Shown here piece by piece: positions 58,581-64,000 of a stretch of 64,000 nucleotides of DNA; the first letter of the stretch is position 1, and every line of letters starts with the position of its first letter. The notes beneath the pieces are model-generated. The model did no database searches and had not been told where the DNA came from. It saw nothing but the letters and a program-made list of their open reading frames with translations. The DNA is taken from assembly GCA_964501335.1 (NCBI GenBank), contig CAZCTC010000010.1, forward strand, positions 1-64,000. The letters run 5' to 3'. The DNA is from an uncultured Anaerolineales bacterium (GTDB lineage Bacteria; Chloroflexota; Anaerolineae; B4-G1; SLSP01). The position numbers and the translations under genes were made by a program.

Positions 58581-59342
58581 ATGAGCAAACGACCTGGTGG
58601 TGAGTTGGCGACGCGGCCTTTGCACTTCATCTGGATTGCAGACTGCTCGGGTTCCATGACGACGGACGGCAAAATTCAGGCTTTGAACAACGCGATTCGA
58701 GAGGCGATTCCGCACATGCAGAAGGTCGCCGATGAGAATCCCAATGCTCAGGTTTTGATCCGGGCGATCAAGTTCTCCAATGGGGCGCAGTGGCATATTT
58801 CTCAACCGACGCCGGTGGAAGATTTCAAGTGGGTGGATCTGCCGGCCGAGGGCGTGACCGATATGGGGCGTGCTCTGACGATGGTGGCCGAACAGTTGAA
58901 GATCCCGCCCATGACCGACCGGGCGCTGCCTCCGGTGCTGGTGCTGCTTTCCGATGGGCAGCCGACCGATGATTTCAACAAGGGGTTGAAGGATCTGTTG
59001 GATCAACCCTGGGGCAAGAAGGCGGTCCGGATTGCCATCGCGATCGGCGCCGATGCGGATAAGGATGTTTTGCAGAAATTTATCAACCATCCGGAATTGC
59101 GGCCGTTGCAGGCCAACAATCCGGAGGCGTTGGTGCGCCATATCAAGTGGGTCTCGACGGCGGTGTTGAAGTCGGCATCCGCACCCGCCAGCCAGACGAC
59201 GGCTCCGACTCCGACTCCGACTCCTGCGGGTGTGCCGGTGGACAACGCCGGAGGCGCTCCGAGCCAACCCGCTGTTTCCAATGTGCCGATGCCGGTAGCG
59301 CCGCCGCCGGATGACCCCAATTCTTCCGCGGACGTCTGGTAG
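58581..59342 (+). CDS. TerY-like vWA-domain protein
   Basis: MIDAS DCSGSM. Compact vWA (about 190 aa) plus Pro/Thr-rich tail. RBS AGGAGGAG. Immediately upstream of a PP2C gene (TerY-P arrangement). Confidence 0.75.
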   Translation: MSKRPGGELATRPLHFIWIADCSGSMTTDGKIQALNNAIREAIPHMQKVADENPNAQVLIRAIKFSNGAQWHISQPTPVEDFKWVDLPAEGVTDMGRALTMVAEQLKIPPMTDRALPPVLVLLSDGQPTDDFNKGLKDLLDQPWGKKAVRIAIAIGADADKDVLQKFINHPELRPLQANNPEALVRHIKWVSTAVLKSASAPASQTTAPTPTPTPAGVPVDNAGGAPSQPAVSNVPMPVAPPPDDPNSSADVW

Positions 59343-59346
59343 GTCG

Positions 59347-60591
59347 ATGGAGATGAGCGGCGGGAAGCCTTCCTTGAAGTGGCGGGCCATCGGCCGCTCG
59401 GTTATTGGCGCTTCTCATATCCGGTCGGGGATGCCGAATCAGGATGCGATTCGGCTTCCGGATGAAGTAGAAGGAGCGCTGATCCTGGCGGTTTCGGATG
59501 GTCATGGTAGTTCGCGGTACTTCCGCAGCGACCGGGGCGCGCGCATGGCGGTGGATTGTTCAGTGACGCTGCTGAAGGAATTTTTGAAGGGGCAGCCGGA
59601 TCTGACCAATCTTTCGTCGATCAAGCGGACGGCCGATGAGCGGTTGCCTCAGGAACTGGTCCGGCGCTGGCATGCGGCTGTGGCAGAAGATCTGAGCCGT
59701 GAACCGTTGACTTCGGAGGAATTGACCATCCTGGAGCGGAAAGAGAGCAGTAAAGCCCGCCAGTCGGTCGAGCGTAAGCCGATGCTGGCTTATGGGGCCA
59801 CGTTGCTTGCGGTGGTGGTGACGGAAGCCTTTATTTTCTACCTGCAACTGGGGGATGGCGATATCCTGACTGTTTCGGAAGATGGGGAAGTCTCGCGACC
59901 GATTCCTCACGATCCGCGATTGATGGCCAATCAGACGACTTCGCTGTGTGCGGATGATGCCTGGCGGGATGTGATTGTGCGGTTGCAGGCCGTGGTGGGC
60001 AAGCCCCCGGCGTTGATCCTGCTTTCTACGGACGGGTATGCCAACTCATTTGTGAATGAAGAGGCGTTCCTGAAGGTCGGGAGCGATATCCTCGATATTA
60101 TCCAGGAATCGGGGCTGGCTTTTGTGGAAAAGGATCTGGAGAGCTGGCTGACTGAGGCCTCCCGGGCAGGCAGCGGCGACGACATTACGATGGGGATTGT
60201 CTGTCGGATGGATGTCCCGGGCGTGACGTGGGGCCCGAAGGAGACTCCAGCCATGCTGGTCCAGAAACCGCCGCAGATTCATGAACGGCCGAAGGCGGAA
60301 GAGCCGGTTGAGGCTAAAAAAAACGAACCGGCTGAGGCCGAGGAATCAAAGCCGGAAGAAGAGAAGCCCGTCGAAGCGAAGCCTGCGGAAGGCAAAGAAG
60401 CTGAGGCGAATTTGGCGGCGGCGGAAGAGCCGGCCATCCCTCAACCTGCGGAACCGGCTTCACTTCCTGAGCGGGGAGAATCGGAATCTCCGGCGAAAGA
60501 TTCCGGGGGCACTCCCGGCGATGAGGATTCTGACGGCTATCCCTGGATGTATCCGACGGTGACCCAACCGCCGAGAATTAAGCCGCGCTAG
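59347..60591 (+). CDS. PP2C-family Ser/Thr phosphatase with acidic low-complexity C-terminal tail
   Basis: ASHIRSGMPNQDA..LAVSDGHGSS..; C-terminal Glu/Pro/Ala/Lys-rich tail. Confidence 0.8.
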   Translation: MEMSGGKPSLKWRAIGRSVIGASHIRSGMPNQDAIRLPDEVEGALILAVSDGHGSSRYFRSDRGARMAVDCSVTLLKEFLKGQPDLTNLSSIKRTADERLPQELVRRWHAAVAEDLSREPLTSEELTILERKESSKARQSVERKPMLAYGATLLAVVVTEAFIFYLQLGDGDILTVSEDGEVSRPIPHDPRLMANQTTSLCADDAWRDVIVRLQAVVGKPPALILLSTDGYANSFVNEEAFLKVGSDILDIIQESGLAFVEKDLESWLTEASRAGSGDDITMGIVCRMDVPGVTWGPKETPAMLVQKPPQIHERPKAEEPVEAKKNEPAEAEESKPEEEKPVEAKPAEGKEAEANLAAAEEPAIPQPAEPASLPERGESESPAKDSGGTPGDEDSDGYPWMYPTVTQPPRIKPR

Positions 60592-60642
60592 GTCAGGAAA
60601 AACTTACCAGCCTATTGCGGGCAACCCTTAAATCTATACTTA

Positions 60643-60675
60643 TATTTTCGCCCGCCTCAACAGGCGGGCGAAAAT
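60643..60675. repeat. GC-hairpin repeat (attttcgcccgcc-tcaaca-ggcgggcgaaaat)
   Basis: Same subfamily as 17239. Confidence 0.65.
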
Positions 60676-60698
60676 GTAAGAATACAAGCGAGACGAAT

Positions 60699-62042
60699 TT
60701 GAACGAGCGACCACGTCAAATACTCCAACAGATTATCCAACAGTATGGGGTCAGTGTCTGTGACAATCCCCGGCGCTGTGAGGGGCTATTGCGGGATTTG
60801 GGCGGAGAATTCCGGCGGGAGATCTTTGTGTTGGTCAGCGCCCTGGAACAGGGGGTCCCGCAAGACTTGCAGTCGATGGGCAAGCAGATGCCCTATCCTG
60901 TCGTTCAGTCCCAATTGACCCGGCGTTTGCAGGAAGACCTGGCCCTGGATGAAGCGGCGGCGCGGTGGGCCGTGGATTCCTGGGCGCTGGCATTGGGGAT
61001 GTCGGTGCCGACTTTGCCGACCGGTAATTCGGGGACGGTGGCGACCCCGGTCACGCCGACGCCGCCGGAGCCGGCAGTCAAGAATCCGACGGGGAATGTG
61101 CCGGTGACACTTCCGGTCACGCCGCCGGCCAGTTTGCCGACGGGATTGCGGCCGGGAACGGTGCTGCCCGGACATCAGGGCGAGGCGGTGGTAGCGGCGT
61201 TCAGTCCAGACGGCCGCTGGCTGGTTTCTTCCGGCTTTGATGGGCAGGTGCGGTTTTGGGATGTGAATTCGGGGCGGGAGAGCCGCCATCAGGAATGGAG
61301 TGGGGGATGGGTCAACGATATCGCTTTTGTGCCGGGTGAGGCCGCGATTGCGTTGGCGGGCAGCGACGGTATGGTGGGGGTATGGAGCGCTCCGGAAGGC
61401 CGGGAAGTGCGGCGGATGCGGGGCCATGACGGGCCGGTTTTAGGCGTGGCCTGTAGTCCGGATGGCCGGCAGATGGCTTCCAGTGGGACCGATAAGCGGG
61501 TGCGGTTGTGGGATTTAGGCGATGGGCACGAGTTGCTGCGGCTGGAAGGCCAGCAGGAGTCGGCGCCGGCGGTGGCCTTCAGTCCGGACGGCCGGTTGCT
61601 GGCGGCCGCAGGCGGCTGGGAGCGGACGGTGCGCATTTGGGAGTTGCCTTCGGGTAAGTTGTTGCATCGTCTGGTGGGACATGCGGCAAATGTGACTTCG
61701 GTGGCGTTCAGTGCGGACGGTTCGCTGCTGGCTTCGGCCGGTTGGGACGAGACGCTGGTTTTCTGGAATCCGTTGACGGGTGCCGAGGTGAAGCGGGTGG
61801 TGGAGAGTTCCAGCCTGCCCCATTTGATTTTTACGATGGCCTTTGCGCCGAACGGGCGGACGGTCGTGACGGGGGGTTGGGATCGGACGATCCGGCTCTG
61901 GAATGTGGAGGGGGGGAAAGAGATCCAATCCACGACGGAGCCTCTGACCATGGTGACCTGTCTGGTTTTCAGTGCGGACGGCCGATTGGTGGCCTCGACC
62001 ACCCGGGACGGCAAAGTTCGATTATGGACGGTATTGGGATAA
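60699..62042 (+). CDS. WD40-repeat protein with N-terminal conserved domain shared with the downstream LRR protein
   Basis: Seven WD40-like repeats (FSPDGRWLVSSGFDGQVRFWD..). Start placed at TTG 60699 after the hairpin, by analogy to the paralogue's MDDRPRH. Pro/Thr linker. Confidence 0.65.
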   Translation: MNERPRQILQQIIQQYGVSVCDNPRRCEGLLRDLGGEFRREIFVLVSALEQGVPQDLQSMGKQMPYPVVQSQLTRRLQEDLALDEAAARWAVDSWALALGMSVPTLPTGNSGTVATPVTPTPPEPAVKNPTGNVPVTLPVTPPASLPTGLRPGTVLPGHQGEAVVAAFSPDGRWLVSSGFDGQVRFWDVNSGRESRHQEWSGGWVNDIAFVPGEAAIALAGSDGMVGVWSAPEGREVRRMRGHDGPVLGVACSPDGRQMASSGTDKRVRLWDLGDGHELLRLEGQQESAPAVAFSPDGRLLAAAGGWERTVRIWELPSGKLLHRLVGHAANVTSVAFSADGSLLASAGWDETLVFWNPLTGAEVKRVVESSSLPHLIFTMAFAPNGRTVVTGGWDRTIRLWNVEGGKEIQSTTEPLTMVTCLVFSADGRLVASTTRDGKVRLWTVLG

Positions 62043-62058
62043 AAGGAAGCTCAAAGAG

Positions 62059-63117
62059 ATGGACGATCGCCCACGCCACAAACTTCGTGAACTGGTGCAG
62101 CAATATGGCCGGGAGATCGCTCAGGATGCTCAGCGCTGCCGCGGTCTGCTGATGGATTTCTGCGGGGGCTCTCCTCGAGAAATTTTTGTATTGGTGAGTG
62201 CGGTGGAAGAGAAGGCAACAGCGGAATTGCTGTCGCTGCCGCCGGGAGCGCCTCCCGCTGTGATTTTGCGACGGTTGACGCAGCGGTTGGTGGAGCGGCG
62301 CGCCATTTCTGAAGATGCGGCGCAGTGGTCGATTGAATCGTGGGCGCTGGCCCTGGATATCGAAGGGGTCTCCGAGGCAGCGGCGAAGACCCGCCCGCTG
62401 GGTGAGCTTGAAGCCCGGGAACCGGTGTCGGCCGGGGGGAAAGTTCAGGCGGCTGAGTCCCCTAACGGCAAGGTTTTTGTCTCCTCTTTGCCGGTGGTGG
62501 TTTGGGGCTGGTCGCGGTTGGGAATCCGTTGGGGGTGGATGCAATTGGGGACCACGCCGGGTGTGGTGCCGATTCCGGTGGGCTATGATCTGGGTTTTTC
62601 CTGTCAGGTGAACGATGCTAATTTGGCGGTGCTGGCGCCGCAGTTTGCTGCGTGTGGCAGGGTGCTGTCGTTGACGTTGATGGGGAGTTCGATTACCGCC
62701 CGAGGATTGACGGCTCTGGAATCTCTTCCCTCATTGACGGCCCTGGATCTGGCGCGGTGTGAGCGGTTGAGCGATCGGTCGCTGGAGCGATTGAAGGTTT
62801 TGCCCCGATTGGAGCGTTTGAACCTGGCGGGGACGGTGATTTCCGATGCGGGGGTGAAGGCGCTGGTGCGGTTAGGAAATTTGAGCAACCTTAACCTTTC
62901 GGGATGCGGCATCACGGATTTGGGTGTGACGTATTTGCGGAAGGTGGTCAATCTGACCCATTTGAATCTGGAGGATTGCCGGCAGGTGTCGGATGCCGGG
63001 GTGCTGGCGCTGCGGGGGATGGAGCATTTGACGACGATGAATTTGCGGGGGTGTGTGCGGGTGACGCGGGCTGCCATTATGGAGCTGCGCCGGCAAAATG
63101 TGGATGTATTGGTGTAA
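62059..63117 (+). CDS. Leucine-rich-repeat protein (Cys-containing LRR type) with the same N-terminal domain
   Basis: N-terminus RPRHKLRELVQQYG..RCRGLLMDFCGG..REIFVLVSAVE parallels the WD40 protein. C-terminal LRRs LDLARCERLSD..LNLAGTVISDAG..LNLSGCGITD..LNLEDCRQVSD. Confidence 0.7.
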   Translation: MDDRPRHKLRELVQQYGREIAQDAQRCRGLLMDFCGGSPREIFVLVSAVEEKATAELLSLPPGAPPAVILRRLTQRLVERRAISEDAAQWSIESWALALDIEGVSEAAAKTRPLGELEAREPVSAGGKVQAAESPNGKVFVSSLPVVVWGWSRLGIRWGWMQLGTTPGVVPIPVGYDLGFSCQVNDANLAVLAPQFAACGRVLSLTLMGSSITARGLTALESLPSLTALDLARCERLSDRSLERLKVLPRLERLNLAGTVISDAGVKALVRLGNLSNLNLSGCGITDLGVTYLRKVVNLTHLNLEDCRQVSDAGVLALRGMEHLTTMNLRGCVRVTRAAIMELRRQNVDVLV

Positions 63118-63131
63118 GTTTTTTTGCCCAT

Positions 63132-63176
63132 GTCGGGCGCCCACGTAGGGGCGCCCCTACGTGGGCGCCCGACTTT
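63132..63176 (+). terminator. Hairpin/terminator after the LRR gene
   Basis: gtcgggcgcccacgtagg-ggcgc-cctacgtgggcgcccgac followed by TTTATT. Confidence 0.5.
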
Positions 63177-63220
63177 ATTGAGGAGTTGGCGATAGCTTTC
63201 TTATTCAAAAAGGGGGAGTT

Positions 63221-63577
63221 ATGGATCAACGACCGAATGTGGTGATTGTGTTGGCCCGGTGCGGTAAAGAGAAGAAATCTTTCGGGCTGCGGTTTGAGGA
63301 GACGACGCCGGGAACCTGGACGGCCGATTGGGCCTTTGCGATTCCAGAGGCTCAGGCGCAACGGGAAGGCTACGATCTGGGGGAGATCAAAGGTAATTTT
63401 GCCTTTGCTTCGACCTATCCGGGATGCCCGCATTGTGGGGGGCAGTCGGTCTTAAAATGTAGCTGTGGGAAGGTTTCCTGTTGGGATGGACAGCAGAAGA
63501 AGATCATCTGTCCCTGGTGTGGGGCGCAGGGTGAGATCAAAGGCAAAGTGGACAGCCTGCGTTCCGGCGGCGTTTAA
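63221..63577 (+). CDS. Small Cys-rich zinc-ribbon protein (possible TerY-C-like metal-binding domain)
   Basis: CPHCGG..CSCGKVSC..CPWCG. Lies between the vWA/PP2C genes and the kinase. Confidence 0.45.
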   Translation: MDQRPNVVIVLARCGKEKKSFGLRFEETTPGTWTADWAFAIPEAQAQREGYDLGEIKGNFAFASTYPGCPHCGGQSVLKCSCGKVSCWDGQQKKIICPWCGAQGEIKGKVDSLRSGGV

Positions 63578-63638
63578 ATTTGTGTTGTTCTCGGTCCGGG
63601 GAACCGGGCTGAGTGGATAGGAATTTTTATGGGAGGCG

Positions 63639-64000
63639 ATGATGAACCAAATCCTTAAAATCGGACAGATTGTACAGACGGAGTCCGGCGTACCTTGCAA
63701 AGTGGAGACTTTCCTGGGCGGTGGCGGTCAGGGGGAAGTCTACAAAGCTGACTTGAGCGGTAAGTCGATTGCGCTCAAGTGGTATTACCCGGCCCAGGCA
63801 ACTCCGGAGCAATATGCGGCGTTGGCCCGGTTGGTGAAGATGGGGCCACCCACCAATTTGTTCCTCTGGCCGTTGGAGCTGACCAAGGCAGCGGATACCC
63901 CGGGATTCGGCTACATCATGCCACTGCGGGAATCGCGTTTTAAGGGGATTGTGGATCTGATGAAGCGGCGGATCGAGCCGACGTTCCGGGCGCTGGCGAC
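63639..64000 (+). CDS. Ser/Thr protein kinase (5' partial, runs off the window)
   Basis: Gly-rich loop LGGGGQGEVYKA and VAIK-like IALKWY. RBS GGGAGG. Not in the ORF track because there is no stop inside the window. Confidence 0.7.
   Translation, partial: MMNQILKIGQIVQTESGVPCKVETFLGGGGQGEVYKADLSGKSIALKWYYPAQATPEQYAALARLVKMGPPTNLFLWPLELTKAADTPGFGYIMPLRESRFKGIVDLMKRRIEPTFRALA

Noticed and set aside
58350-59390. ORF 58350..59342 extending upstream of the vWA gene, and antisense ORF 58491..59390
   Set aside because: The 5' extension runs through the tandem repeat elements. The true start is ATG 58581 with an AGGAGGAG RBS. The antisense ORF is an artefact.
60615-60698. 5' extension of the WD40 ORF starting at TTG 60615
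   Set aside because: It runs through hairpin repeat 60643..60675. The paralogous LRR protein's start (MDDRPRH) supports the downstream TTG 60699. That start is itself uncertain.

Overview
High-GC (about 60%) bacterial chromosomal window. The composition and the DUF11/PKD giant surface protein suggest Chloroflexota, with low certainty. It is densely coding, and every intergenic gap carries GC-stemmed palindromic hairpin repeats. From left to right:

- **81..7561:** a DUF1232 protein, then a 2,240-aa secreted multi-domain adhesin-like giant protein.
- **8272..24179:** an orphan class II terpene-cyclase-like protein, an amidase, tRNA-Lys(UUU), an SRAP/YedK abasic-site protein, a LysM-CAP lipoprotein, FKBP, an M20 dipeptidase, a DUF2233 protein, an ahcY plus PfkB-kinase pair, an RfbH-like enzyme, rlmN, and a MobA-like NTP-transferase/HAD-IIA fusion.
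- **24487..27087:** a full-length, highly conserved Major Vault Protein (MVP) homologue, which is unexpected in a bacterium.
- **27589..49966:** a 22-kb exopolysaccharide locus with Wzz, Wzx, a degenerate BY-kinase, Wzy, acetyltransferases, GT2/GT4/GT26 enzymes, a GH44-like hydrolase and a phosphoglycosyl transferase. It contains two unusual fusions (GT26–STAS–STAS and NTP-transferase–LbH–Bac_transf) and an embedded partner-switching module (STAS, GAF-PP2C, RsbW-like kinase, REC) reminiscent of Vibrio SypA/SypE.
- **50365..58059:** a conserved, uncharacterised five-gene cassette (SWIM zinc-finger protein, large helical protein, MoxR-like AAA+ ATPase, large protein with TraB/TIKI-like motifs, vWA protein).
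- **58581..64000:** a TerY-P-like phospho-signalling set (vWA, PP2C, Ser/Thr kinase, Cys-rich TerY-C-like protein). It is interrupted by a WD40 protein and an LRR protein that share a novel N-terminal domain.

The SWIM/MoxR/vWA cassette plus the TerY-P-like module are the best candidates for an undescribed NTP-dependent signalling or defence system. The MVP gene and the partner-switch-regulated EPS locus are the other main points of interest.
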